Source: Gammaproteobacteria bacterium
GTDB lineage: Bacteria; Pseudomonadota; Gammaproteobacteria; GCA-001735895
Direction: 5' to 3'
Assembly: GCA_014382695.1 (NCBI GenBank)
Contig: JACNJF010000107.1
Span: forward strand, 12,237-76,236
DNA length: 64,000 nt
Shown here piece by piece: positions 9,263 through 18,903 of this stretch; the stretch's first letter is position 1; each line of letters opens with the position of its first letter. The translations under genes were made by a program, and so were the position numbers. The notes beneath the pieces were generated by a model. The model did no database searches, was not told the DNA's origin, and saw nothing but the letters and a program-made list of their open reading frames with translations.

Positions 9263-11284
9263 TTACTTAACCTGCTTACGTTGCTGCTGATAATCCTCCA
9301 CCAGCAGATATTTTTTTAGTAAATCGCGGTAATACTCCTGTTCGATCAGGCTCTTTTTATGTGCCGAAAGCGCAGAGGTTTCACTACTCAAGGTCAGTTG
9401 CTGCTGATCCAGCCAGGGATAAAACCGGTCATTGCGGCTATCGGCAATACCATCGGCAAACAAAAACTCTCCACTCGCGGTCAGCCCGTAGGCACTCTCC
9501 AGCTTTTTTTGCTGAAAGGGTTGGCCAAAATTATAGTAACTCGTTTGCGACAGCGACAGTTCATACAGGGTCGGAAAAAGATCGGTATGTGAGCCAGGCG
9601 TCAGGGGATCTATGCCATCTAACGAGCCTAATGACTGTGGCACATAAAAATAAGCCGGCACCGCATAGCGGATATATTTATCCTTATTCGCGCTATTATC
9701 GATAAAGGTTCGCTGCGGATGATCTCCGCTCGCAACAACGATGACCTTATCCTTAAGCGCACTGCTTTTAAGCCAGCTCAAAAAGCGCCCCAGCTGATCG
9801 GTCTGATAATGAAACCCTGACAGCAACGCCAGCTTATCTTCCTGACCCGGCGGCAGGCCATACTGAGTCAGATCGAGAGCCGGTCTACGATAGCTTTTTG
9901 GCAGCCGGATCGGCGGATGATTATTGGTCGTCAGTACAAAGCTGAACAGGGATTTTCCGCCAGCTTCTGCTTCCAGCAGGGATTTTTTCAGATAATCGAA
10001 TACATACTGATCATATACGCCCCAGGGATTATCACTCGCATCCACCTTAAAATGACTTTCGATCTGGGAACGGCCGATATACTGATCGAAGCCCTGCAGC
10101 AGCCAGAAATTATTATGGTTACGCCAGCTACTATAACCACCACTTAAAAACTGGGTCGCGTAGTTATTCTGTTTATAAGGCAAGGTACTGGAAAGTCTGA
10201 AACGGGTCTTGTTCGCAATCGACTGCGAAAGCGGAGTCACCGGTGAATTTAGCAGCAAGGTTTCGATAGAAGGATTGGTGGCGTATTGATTGGCCAGAAA
10301 GCGGGTAAAAAAATGATCCTGTGCAGCGTGCCCAGCGAACTCACCCAGCACATTATTGCCGGCGGAATGCGCTCTGGCGATATCACTCGACCAGCCCTCC
10401 ATCAATACAAAGATCACATGCGGCCTGACGGCTGCCAGCTGCTGATTTTCTGGTGTCGTTCGAATCAGCGCTTGAGCCTCACTGTAACCCGCTTTCTGCA
10501 TCAAAACCTGCAAACTCGGCAACTGATTAAACTGCAGTATATTCTGTTTAAAGATGGCCTGATTATTCACGCTTTTATCGCGGTAGGCATAATACAGATT
10601 GAATACACTATTCATCACCATTGAATTGATGAAGGTGTTATCACTCACCGCCGCCTGTTTACGCTGCAATGGAAAGGTATCCAGAGAGCCGCGTGCCAGT
10701 ACAACCAGCACGACACAAGAAAGGCACCAGAGCAGGAATTTGCCAAAAAAACTGCTCATCACTGGAGCATTCACTTTCAGCTGGGTGCTTTGGCGTAGAT
10801 AAAAACGCAGACTGATAACCGCCGTGAGTAAAAATGCTGCGAAGAAAAGCAGAATTTTATAGTTATCCAGAATGGTACTGAAGATCGCCTCGGTATCATC
10901 CTCGAGCAGTCCAAAAATCAGTACATCGATAGGTTTCTGGAAGTAATAAAGGTGACCAATATCGACAAAAATAATAAAAACAACCAGCACCAGACTGAGA
11001 CTAAAAACAATCTTCAGATAAGTGGCAAAAAGGTTTTGCGGAATCAGCCATCCGCTAAAAACAAATGGAATCCAGACCAACAGCAACAGCATGCTGCTGA
11101 GTAACTTGAGATCGAAGCGCAAGCCCTTGATTAACAGCTCATCGATAAATTGACTGCTCTGCGCTAAATCCTGCCAGCTGCCGAAAAATGCCAGACTACT
11201 GACTCTGGCCAGCATCAGTGCAGCCAGCAGTAGCAGTGTAAAAACAATTACCTGATTGAAGGAATTTCTGATTGCGGGATTCAT
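9263..11284 (-). CDS. LtaS/OpgB-like membrane phospho(glycerol/ethanolamine) transferase, sulfatase fold (paralogue 1)
   Basis: 673 aa from the ATG at 11284 (a TTG lies at 11287). Multi-TM N-terminus, then VIFVLMEGWSS, ATNPSIE and VASGDHP. The start lies 3 nt after the stop of the upstream GDPD-like gene. Confidence 0.65.
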   Translation of the reverse strand: MNPAIRNSFNQVIVFTLLLLAALMLARVSSLAFFGSWQDLAQSSQFIDELLIKGLRFDLKLLSSMLLLLVWIPFVFSGWLIPQNLFATYLKIVFSLSLVLVVFIIFVDIGHLYYFQKPIDVLIFGLLEDDTEAIFSTILDNYKILLFFAAFLLTAVISLRFYLRQSTQLKVNAPVMSSFFGKFLLWCLSCVVLVVLARGSLDTFPLQRKQAAVSDNTFINSMVMNSVFNLYYAYRDKSVNNQAIFKQNILQFNQLPSLQVLMQKAGYSEAQALIRTTPENQQLAAVRPHVIFVLMEGWSSDIARAHSAGNNVLGEFAGHAAQDHFFTRFLANQYATNPSIETLLLNSPVTPLSQSIANKTRFRLSSTLPYKQNNYATQFLSGGYSSWRNHNNFWLLQGFDQYIGRSQIESHFKVDASDNPWGVYDQYVFDYLKKSLLEAEAGGKSLFSFVLTTNNHPPIRLPKSYRRPALDLTQYGLPPGQEDKLALLSGFHYQTDQLGRFLSWLKSSALKDKVIVVASGDHPQRTFIDNSANKDKYIRYAVPAYFYVPQSLGSLDGIDPLTPGSHTDLFPTLYELSLSQTSYYNFGQPFQQKKLESAYGLTASGEFLFADGIADSRNDRFYPWLDQQQLTLSSETSALSAHKKSLIEQEYYRDLLKKYLLVEDYQQQRKQVK

Positions 11285-11287
11285 CAA

Positions 11288-12139
11288 TTACAGCGCAGAA
11301 TTCGCCCGGGATCCGTCTGTACTACAGTTGTTTTTATGGTGAAAATCTACGCTCAGGTTATTGCCCACTATAAACGCCCGTACCTGAGGGATCGGTAGCA
11401 GCGAATCAACCAGTGCTTCATCGGCAGGCAGGTGATACAGAAACACTGGAATATTGCCAAGCTGCCGGCGTGTTTTTTCACCATACACCGGATCATTCAG
11501 CTCACCGTATTCCATCCCCATCACCGTATGAACACCGAAGTAATAAAATATTTTATACACTGCAATCATCAGCCCGGAGATGAATACACTTTCAGGCTCC
11601 GGGTGGGTATCAAAGATGGTATGGAAACCGGCCTTTCTAAAGCGTGCCAGGTTGGTCGGATTCTCCCCTTCCACATAAATTCTTTCAGACAGACCATTGC
11701 GTGATGAAATATCCTTCAAGCGCTGTATGGCCTGCATTGCCTGCTCTTCATTAAGGTGACGCAGGGCCTTAAAATCAAGCCAGAAATAATGGCCGTCGCC
11801 CACCGCATCGAAGAGTTCGCTGAGTGGCAAAATTTTTCCATTCTTGGTTCGATATGGGTAATCATGCGAAACAATATAATCCTTCTGGGCAACATCGTAA
11901 CGTACGTCAACTTCCACTCCCTGCGCGCCCTGTGCAAACGCACGGCCTATACTTTGAATTGAGTTTTGATCGATTCCTTCACCGTACAGACCGCGCGCGG
12001 TCCACACCTTACGGCAGTCATCATAGGCTTCACTGAAGTCTTTGGAGCTGAGCTGTCGATCCACATAAAATTCAAGCGCATAGATACTCAGCAGAAAAGC
12101 TACGATCAAATAAACAAACACACGAACTATTCGTAACAT
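11288..12139 (-). CDS. Membrane-anchored glycerophosphodiester-phosphodiesterase-like (GDPD fold) protein, catalytically atypical
   Basis: 283 aa with an N-terminal TM. By eye it aligns to UgpQ AHRG..ENT..IEFD..LLHDD as TARG..QNS..VEVD..VSHDY. Confidence 0.55.
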   Translation of the reverse strand: MLRIVRVFVYLIVAFLLSIYALEFYVDRQLSSKDFSEAYDDCRKVWTARGLYGEGIDQNSIQSIGRAFAQGAQGVEVDVRYDVAQKDYIVSHDYPYRTKNGKILPLSELFDAVGDGHYFWLDFKALRHLNEEQAMQAIQRLKDISSRNGLSERIYVEGENPTNLARFRKAGFHTIFDTHPEPESVFISGLMIAVYKIFYYFGVHTVMGMEYGELNDPVYGEKTRRQLGNIPVFLYHLPADEALVDSLLPIPQVRAFIVGNNLSVDFHHKNNCSTDGSRANSAL

Positions 12140-12180
12140 GTTTTTTCCATACTAAGGTAGAAGGGACAGTACTGAAAACA

Positions 12181-14136
12181 TCATTGATGCAGATACTTTC
12201 GATTCTGGTAGGCATACATCGGCCACAGTGCATGTGCCTGGGCTTTCTGAATAAATTCGGCATTAGAGGGCTGTTCGATCAGAACCTTGTTTTTATACTG
12301 GAACTGCTTTGCCGGTTTTTCCGGCACATGTATAACAACCTCGGATCCTTCCATGTAAGCATGATTATTGCCGTACTGCATCAGAGCCCGGCCGCGGTAA
12401 TCGACTGGCAGCTCGGTCAACACGTGTCCCGGCATCGGATGATCAACGCTGATGCCCATAAAGTGCAGCAACGTCGGTGCCAGATCGATCTGGCTGGCAA
12501 CCTTGCTATACACAGTGGGCTTAATACCCGGTCCAATGATCAGTCCAGGAATATGAAAACGATCAATCGGTACCAGTGAAGCCCCAAACACGCGCGTATC
12601 ATGATCGGCCACGATCAGAAAAATGGTGTTATCCCAATAGGGCTGGTTGCGCGCCTTTTTAAAAAATTCACCCAGCGCATAATCGGCATATTTAACCGCG
12701 TTATTGACCGTATGTTTATCGGCATCATGCAGGCTGATGGTATTATCCGGGAACTCGAACGGCGAATGATTGCTTGAGGTAAAGGCCAGAATAAATTGCG
12801 GCCTGGCCGATGCGCCCATCAGCTCATCGTCCACGCGCTGAAACAGGTCTTCGTCCGACACGCCCCAGGTGGCACGAAACTTCGGGTTGGTATAGTCGTT
12901 CTGATCGGTCACCCGGTCAAAGCCATTGGCCAGAAAAAATCCGGCCATATTGTCGAAGTGGCTTTCTCCGCCATAGATAAACTGGGTATCGTACTGCTGC
13001 TGTTTCAATAGACTCGCCAGGGTAGCGAAATGCTGTTGTGCCAGCCCCAGCTTAAGCACGCTGCGCGATGGACTCGGTGGAAATCCGGTAATCACCGCTT
13101 CGATACCTCTGGCCGAGCGGGTACCGGTCGCATACAGATCGCTAAACCACAAACCCTCATCGGCTAATTTATCTAGCTCAGGGGTTACCCCTACGCCACC
13201 CAGTTTGCCGACAAAGCCAGCCCCCAGACTCTCTTCCAGCAGGATCACCAGATTAAACGGTTTTGCACCGGGCGCGGCGCTTTGCCTGTGCCAGGTAGAA
13301 GTCAGGTCGGTGCTAAAGGAAGCAACCGGTTGCTGCATGTTCTGGCGGACTATACGGACAATATCCTGTGCCGGCATTTCGCCATACATGGTACCTGCAC
13401 TATCTTCATTTTTTAAGTTATACACTGCAGTTAGTACGGTGTAGATCGAGCTCAGGCCCAGCTTGTTGACCAGTTGATCATTCGAGAATGCCGCGGTGCT
13501 GGCATTCGCCGGCCGATGATCTAAACTTGAGCGAGCACCGAGTGCCAGTACCAGCAGCAACACTGGCAATACTAAAATACGCACCCACAACGGCCAGGGC
13601 TGTAGCGACTGAAACACCCGGCAATTAAATCCGGATAGAAAACGCCACAATAGCACCAGTAAAACGATGGCTACCACAAAGTGGAATGGATACTCGTAGA
13701 GTGAAGTCTTAAGGACTTCAACAGGGGTTTCCAGGTACTCAAAGAAGATACGATTGGGTCGCGTGTCGTATTGATCGATAAATGCCGGCGTACTGATTTC
13801 CAGAAACACAAACAGCATGGTTGTCAGCATCAACCAGAGCTTGCTAACGCCAGTTTGCAGGCTGAATAACAGTCGGTTGCGTGGCGTAAAAAGTAGCAGG
13901 ATAGCGGGCACAAACCACAGCATACAGATCACGATCAGATCAAAACGCAATCCATAAGCCATGATTTTAAGCGCGTGTTCGAGACTGCCCACACGCTCGA
14001 ATTGCCAGCCTGTGAGTAACAAGCGGGAGAATGACAGCAACGTCAGTAACAGCAGGCCATAGCTGATAAAAGGGTATAACGGCCAGTGGCGTACAGAATA
14101 TTTCATAGTGACAGGGTAGATGGCTCGCGTCAGCAT
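12181..14136 (-). CDS. LtaS/OpgB-like membrane phospho(glycerol/ethanolamine) transferase, sulfatase fold (paralogue 2)
   Basis: 651 aa with an alternative ATG at 14106. Multi-TM N-terminus, then LVILLEESLG, ATGTRSARG and IVADHD. Confidence 0.65.
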   Translation of the reverse strand: MLTRAIYPVTMKYSVRHWPLYPFISYGLLLLTLLSFSRLLLTGWQFERVGSLEHALKIMAYGLRFDLIVICMLWFVPAILLLFTPRNRLLFSLQTGVSKLWLMLTTMLFVFLEISTPAFIDQYDTRPNRIFFEYLETPVEVLKTSLYEYPFHFVVAIVLLVLLWRFLSGFNCRVFQSLQPWPLWVRILVLPVLLLVLALGARSSLDHRPANASTAAFSNDQLVNKLGLSSIYTVLTAVYNLKNEDSAGTMYGEMPAQDIVRIVRQNMQQPVASFSTDLTSTWHRQSAAPGAKPFNLVILLEESLGAGFVGKLGGVGVTPELDKLADEGLWFSDLYATGTRSARGIEAVITGFPPSPSRSVLKLGLAQQHFATLASLLKQQQYDTQFIYGGESHFDNMAGFFLANGFDRVTDQNDYTNPKFRATWGVSDEDLFQRVDDELMGASARPQFILAFTSSNHSPFEFPDNTISLHDADKHTVNNAVKYADYALGEFFKKARNQPYWDNTIFLIVADHDTRVFGASLVPIDRFHIPGLIIGPGIKPTVYSKVASQIDLAPTLLHFMGISVDHPMPGHVLTELPVDYRGRALMQYGNNHAYMEGSEVVIHVPEKPAKQFQYKNKVLIEQPSNAEFIQKAQAHALWPMYAYQNRKYLHQ

Positions 14137-14189
14137 CGGTTCAGGCTAGTGCGCAGCCAAAACCGATACCGATACGTTGAGTTAAAGTG

Positions 14190-14888
14190 CTATGGCTTCT
14201 GGATCAGGATCAGGTGCTGTGTATTAATTTTCTCTCCCGGCAGACGCTTTACGCTCAGGCCTCTTTTGGCACAGGCCTCCTTGATCCATTTGAAACTATG
14301 TCTGACCGTACCTTTCACATCCGACTGGTGCGAACCACCGACCCACTCATCGCCTTTGTAATCCTTATGGAACATATCCGGCAATTTGACCGTAGTCAGA
14401 AATCGAGCCTTGTCATTGGAGAACTTAACAAAGCCATCCAGCATTTTTTCGATGTCTTTCTTGCCCGCATGGGTCCAGATCGATTGGGCAAACATAAAAT
14501 CAAATCGGGTATTAAACACAGAAAAATCATATTGATCGTTATGATCAAATTTCGGTTGTTTTAGTTCCAGCAGATCAGGCTCCAGAATATAGTTCAGACC
14601 ACCCTTAAACATGTCGACATTCGGCTCCAGGCCATGATAACAACCCGCATTCAGGAAATGCATGGTCCAGTAGCCGCCACAGAAGGCACCGCAACCAATA
14701 TCCAGAAACTTGTCCCAGGGATTCAGTCCATTCCTGATCTGAGACTCCAGCTGAGTTCGCCCGGTCACTTCAAAGCGATAGGTTCCGCAGCCGATTTTAT
14801 CCGACACCGTCGCCAGTAACTCGCCTCGGTGTTGCAGGCTAGAGTCCAGTTTCAGGGGTTGTGGGGCCTTCGTATTGCCATTCTTCAT
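14190..14888 (-). CDS. Class I SAM-dependent methyltransferase
   Basis: 232 aa with motif I FLDIGCGAFCGG and a later acidic/aromatic motif. Co-directional with hldE and the transferase genes. Confidence 0.55.
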   Translation of the reverse strand: MKNGNTKAPQPLKLDSSLQHRGELLATVSDKIGCGTYRFEVTGRTQLESQIRNGLNPWDKFLDIGCGAFCGGYWTMHFLNAGCYHGLEPNVDMFKGGLNYILEPDLLELKQPKFDHNDQYDFSVFNTRFDFMFAQSIWTHAGKKDIEKMLDGFVKFSNDKARFLTTVKLPDMFHKDYKGDEWVGGSHQSDVKGTVRHSFKWIKEACAKRGLSVKRLPGEKINTQHLILIQKP

Positions 14889-15008
14889 TGTGCGTATCCT
14901 GCAAGTTTAATCTGAATTCAAATGTGTCATTTTATCCCGCGCTATCGCACAGGTATATAGGCTGTCCGTACCTCATAATCAAACCATGAAGCAATGGGCC
15001 TGAGGCCT

Positions 15009-16427
15009 TTAGCGGCTGGCATTGATTTTATTGATCAGCAGGGTACTGGATTTACCTTCCACAAAGTCGATCAACACGACTTCTGCCGCGCACTGCCGAC
15101 CGGCAATCTGTTCGATCTGATAATCGCCACCTTTGACCAGAATGTCCGGGTGGATCGCACAGATCAGCTGTTCCGGTGTATCTTCAGTAAATTCAACCAC
15201 CAGATCGACCGATGCCAGCCCGGCCAGTAACTCCATCCGGTCCGTTAGCGGATTAATCGGACGGCTCTCGCCTTTCAGTCGGGTCACAGAGAGATCGCTA
15301 TTAACCGCAACGATCAACACATCACCCAGCGCCGAAGCCTGCTCCAGATAGCGCACATGACCGGCATGCAACAGATCAAAGCAGCCGTTGGTAAATACAA
15401 TCTTCTTACCCTGTTTTTTATACTGGGCAATAATTTGTGGGGCATGTTCACGCGCGATAATTTTTTTCTGTATCGGCGATAGTTTATTGGAGCTCGACAT
15501 TTCGAGACGATACAGGTCATCAACCGACACCGAAGCCGTACCCATCCGGCCCACCACGATACCGGCGGCCTTACAGGAAAGGAATACCGCATCCTGAATC
15601 TCCATTCCGCTGCCCAGACCGGTTGCCAGCGAGGCAATCACGGTATCGCCCGCACCGGTCACATCATAAACTTCCTGCGCATGTGCCGGAAAATGATCCG
15701 AAGTCTGATCCTGCATCACCAGTGTCATGCCGTCCCCACCCTGGGTGATCAGCAGGCCGCCTAACTGGCACTCATCGATAATGCGTCCAGCCTTAGCGAT
15801 CAGTTCTGACGGGCTGTTCCATTTACCAACCACGGCCTCAAACTCTTTTTTGTTAGGGGTGAGTAGATAGGCACCGGAATACTCACTAAAACTCTGCTTC
15901 TTGGGATCGATCAGAACTGGAATCTGGCGCGCACGCGCCTGATCGATAAAAGCACGCGGATTTTTGAGTAAGCCCTTGCCGTAATCCGACAACACCACAA
16001 CATTCGAACTCGGTAACAGCGACTCGTAGCGTTGTAATAGTGGCTGCAGATTCACATCCTGCATCACCTTTTCAAAATCGAGCCGGATCAATTGCTGATG
16101 CTGCGACAGTACCCTGAGTTTATTGGTGGTGGTGTGCAGGGGCTCAATCCGACAATGATTTTGAATCGTGGTCAGATCGATCAGGGATGAAAGTCTTTTA
16201 CCATCCTCATCATCGCCAATCAGCGCCAGTAAACTGGCACTCGCACCGAGCGCGGTGACATTCATCGCGACGTTTCCAGAGCCACCGACACGCCACGACA
16301 GGTCATTCACCAGAACTACCGGAACAGGCGCTTCCGGGGAAATCCTTTCGGTAACGCCCTGCCAGTAGCTATCCAGCATAACGTCACCCACAACAAGAAT
16401 GTTTGCAGTTGAAAAATCAAGGTTCAT
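15009..16427 (-). CDS. hldE: Bifunctional D-beta-D-heptose 7-phosphate kinase / heptose 1-phosphate adenylyltransferase
   Basis: 472 aa with an N-terminal PfkB kinase domain (GAGDT) and a C-terminal cytidylyltransferase-fold domain (FTNGCFDLLHAGHV). Confidence 0.88.
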   Translation of the reverse strand: MNLDFSTANILVVGDVMLDSYWQGVTERISPEAPVPVVLVNDLSWRVGGSGNVAMNVTALGASASLLALIGDDEDGKRLSSLIDLTTIQNHCRIEPLHTTTNKLRVLSQHQQLIRLDFEKVMQDVNLQPLLQRYESLLPSSNVVVLSDYGKGLLKNPRAFIDQARARQIPVLIDPKKQSFSEYSGAYLLTPNKKEFEAVVGKWNSPSELIAKAGRIIDECQLGGLLITQGGDGMTLVMQDQTSDHFPAHAQEVYDVTGAGDTVIASLATGLGSGMEIQDAVFLSCKAAGIVVGRMGTASVSVDDLYRLEMSSSNKLSPIQKKIIAREHAPQIIAQYKKQGKKIVFTNGCFDLLHAGHVRYLEQASALGDVLIVAVNSDLSVTRLKGESRPINPLTDRMELLAGLASVDLVVEFTEDTPEQLICAIHPDILVKGGDYQIEQIAGRQCAAEVVLIDFVEGKSSTLLINKINASR

Positions 16428-16555
16428 GGGGTTTTAAAGCCGGCAGTCAATGGCATCACGTCTGATCAATTAAAAGGCTGAAATTATAATGCACTCTAAT
16501 CTCCGGTGACAGCAGAACCTCAACATAAGCTATGATGCAGGGGCTTTAAACGTGC

Positions 16556-17611
16556 ATGTCGTGGACCATGAAAAAATATTTATTTTATATCTCGCAGAAT
16601 TACAGCTTTGCGATTCTCAGACCGATTCAAAAAATACTCCAGCAACGGGGTGATCAGGTGCGCTGGTTTTTTGAAGGTGATGCAGTCAATCCGGCCTATT
16701 TAATGCCCGAAGAAACCAGGCTGGACTCCATCGATCTGATTAAAACGTATCATCCGGATGCGGTGCTCGCGCCCGCCAACAGCATCCCCAGCTTTATTCC
16801 CGGCTTAAAGGTTGCTGTTTTTCACGGCTTCGATGCTGGAAAACTGGATCGTCAGGGGCGTAACGATCACTTCAAAATTCGCGGCTGTTTCGATCTTTAT
16901 TGTACCCAGGGACCGGATACGACCCGAGAATTTAACACGCTGAAAAAAAAATACGGCTATTTTAATGTGATTCAAACGGGCTGGTCTGCACTCGATCCCT
17001 TATTTGAACAACCTGAATCTCCGCTCCCACATGAGAAGCCTGTGGTGCTGCTTTGTTCTACATTCACCCACAAGCTAAGCTGCGCAAAACAGCTGCTCCC
17101 GGTCGTTGCGGAACTATCCCGCTCTGGAAAATGGCAATGGCTGATACAGTTTCATCCCAAAATGGAGGCTGCAGTGATCGCACAGTACCAGTCCATTCAG
17201 AGCAAGCACTTACACTATATCGAAACCGATAATGTGATACCGCTACTGCAGCAGGCCGATGTAATGGTATGTGACACGTCTTCCGTGATTCTGATGTTCC
17301 TGATTCAGAACAAGCCGGTGGTGACTTTCAAGAATATCGACCCTGGCCCTTATCTGCTGGATATAGACAACCCCGCGCTGCTGGAACAGTCGATTACCAG
17401 AGCACTCAGCCATCCTCCCGAACTGATGCAGCAGCTACAGCAAAAAACTGCGCAAACGCATCCCTATCAGGATGGAAAATCGGCTCAACGCGTGGTCACC
17501 GCGATCGATGAAGTGCTGGCAGGAAAACATCCGCTGAAAAAATCCAGACCTCTTAACTTTTTCAGAAACCTGAAGTTTAGACAGCGTTTACACTACTGGA
17601 ACTTTCTGTGA
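16556..17611 (+). CDS. CDP-glycerol glycerophosphotransferase-like (TagB/TagF family) protein
   Basis: 351 aa with an alternative ATG at 16568 (MKKYLFY). TGWSALDPLF and MVCDTSSVILMFL..KPVV resemble the Glyphos_transf G-x-P-R-x-D and D-x-SS..F motifs. Assigned by eye only. Confidence 0.45.
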   Translation: MSWTMKKYLFYISQNYSFAILRPIQKILQQRGDQVRWFFEGDAVNPAYLMPEETRLDSIDLIKTYHPDAVLAPANSIPSFIPGLKVAVFHGFDAGKLDRQGRNDHFKIRGCFDLYCTQGPDTTREFNTLKKKYGYFNVIQTGWSALDPLFEQPESPLPHEKPVVLLCSTFTHKLSCAKQLLPVVAELSRSGKWQWLIQFHPKMEAAVIAQYQSIQSKHLHYIETDNVIPLLQQADVMVCDTSSVILMFLIQNKPVVTFKNIDPGPYLLDIDNPALLEQSITRALSHPPELMQQLQQKTAQTHPYQDGKSAQRVVTAIDEVLAGKHPLKKSRPLNFFRNLKFRQRLHYWNFL

Positions 17612-18881
17612 TTGAAGAACCGGTAGCCTGCTTTTCACGCAACACGACCGACATAAAAACGGCCAGATAAAAGGAGAAAAAAATCACGGATCGGGATCGC
17701 TCCAGTATAGCTTCGGATAAACTGAAGCCGATAAAACCGACCAGTAACAACATACCCGCCAGCGCAGCGCGTTCTTTTTCCGGCTCATGCGGCTGTTTCA
17801 GGTAGTGGAAAAAAATAAGCGCAGGCCAAAAAAACAGCAGTATCAGTGCAATAAACGCAAACAGTCCACCTTTCGCCAATGCCGACAAAAACTGATTATG
17901 CGGGTGCGAAAAAAGAGCAATCGTTTCATTATACAAGCCCTGCTCAACCAGATCTTGCGCCATGTCGTTGTACTCTCCCCAGCCGCTGCCTAAAACAGGG
18001 TGCTGCTTGAAGATATCGATTGCAGCCTGCAACATCTCAAATCTGGCCCCTATCGACGTAGCACGGGCAGGATCTTTTATTGATTCACTGGATAAATAGC
18101 CGTTAATGTTTGTAACCGTCACCTGGACACGTTGCTGTACACCCGATTGAGGCATCAGATAAACGGTGCCAACGCCAAGCACTGCCAACATACAAACCAG
18201 AATGACCTTTTTCAGCGACAGGTAGCGCATTAAATAGACGATTAAAACCACACTCAAAAAGGGGAGAGCTACCCATCCGCCTCTGGACAGGGACAATACA
18301 CTTGCCGCTAAACCAGCCACAAACGCAAGCACAGGAATGAAAATAAGTACTTTATGGTGACGCCTGAACCAGTCCAGTCCGGCTAGCGACAACACCCCCA
18401 TCATCAATGACAGATCCCCGAAAATTATAGGATGAACAGTTCCTGTCGCTCTTGCTTGCTGGCTGGCACCAAACACCTGATATAGACCAACGCAAAAAGC
18501 AATCAGGGTACCGGCTAGCAGACCTAACCAGATATATTTCTCATTGATACGAGCAGACTTAAACAACAGATAGACGGGTATGGCGAGAATCAAATTAATA
18601 AATCGGTCAGCGCGGGATAACTCGACCTGCTGCACTACAGACGTCAATATAGCCGTTAAAAACAATAGTGAAACCGCTATGTAAAACAGCTTTTCCTGCC
18701 TCATCAGCGGGATTAACTGTGCAGACTGTGTGACCGCCGTATACATCGCTAAAACCAGCACCACAAGACCAATTAAGCCGCTAACAACGTCTGTTACCAG
18801 AATTGCCGATGGAAAGGCGACCAATGCTGAAGCGATAATAAAATAAACCAGGGGGGTTACACTTGTTTTATCAGCCTTCAT
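17577..18881 (-). CDS. O-antigen ligase (WaaL/Wzy_C) family membrane protein
   Basis: 434 aa, polytopic with at least 10 TM segments. A periplasmic loop carries SRGGW.. and H.HN..L, as in O-antigen ligase domains. Its 3' end overlaps the TagF-like gene by 35 nt (convergent). Confidence 0.6.
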   Translation of the reverse strand: MKADKTSVTPLVYFIIASALVAFPSAILVTDVVSGLIGLVVLVLAMYTAVTQSAQLIPLMRQEKLFYIAVSLLFLTAILTSVVQQVELSRADRFINLILAIPVYLLFKSARINEKYIWLGLLAGTLIAFCVGLYQVFGASQQARATGTVHPIIFGDLSLMMGVLSLAGLDWFRRHHKVLIFIPVLAFVAGLAASVLSLSRGGWVALPFLSVVLIVYLMRYLSLKKVILVCMLAVLGVGTVYLMPQSGVQQRVQVTVTNINGYLSSESIKDPARATSIGARFEMLQAAIDIFKQHPVLGSGWGEYNDMAQDLVEQGLYNETIALFSHPHNQFLSALAKGGLFAFIALILLFFWPALIFFHYLKQPHEPEKERAALAGMLLLVGFIGFSLSEAILERSRSVIFFSFYLAVFMSVVLREKQATGSSITESSSSVNAV

Positions 18882-18903
18882 TTAAAACTCACTGGCACAG
18901 ACT

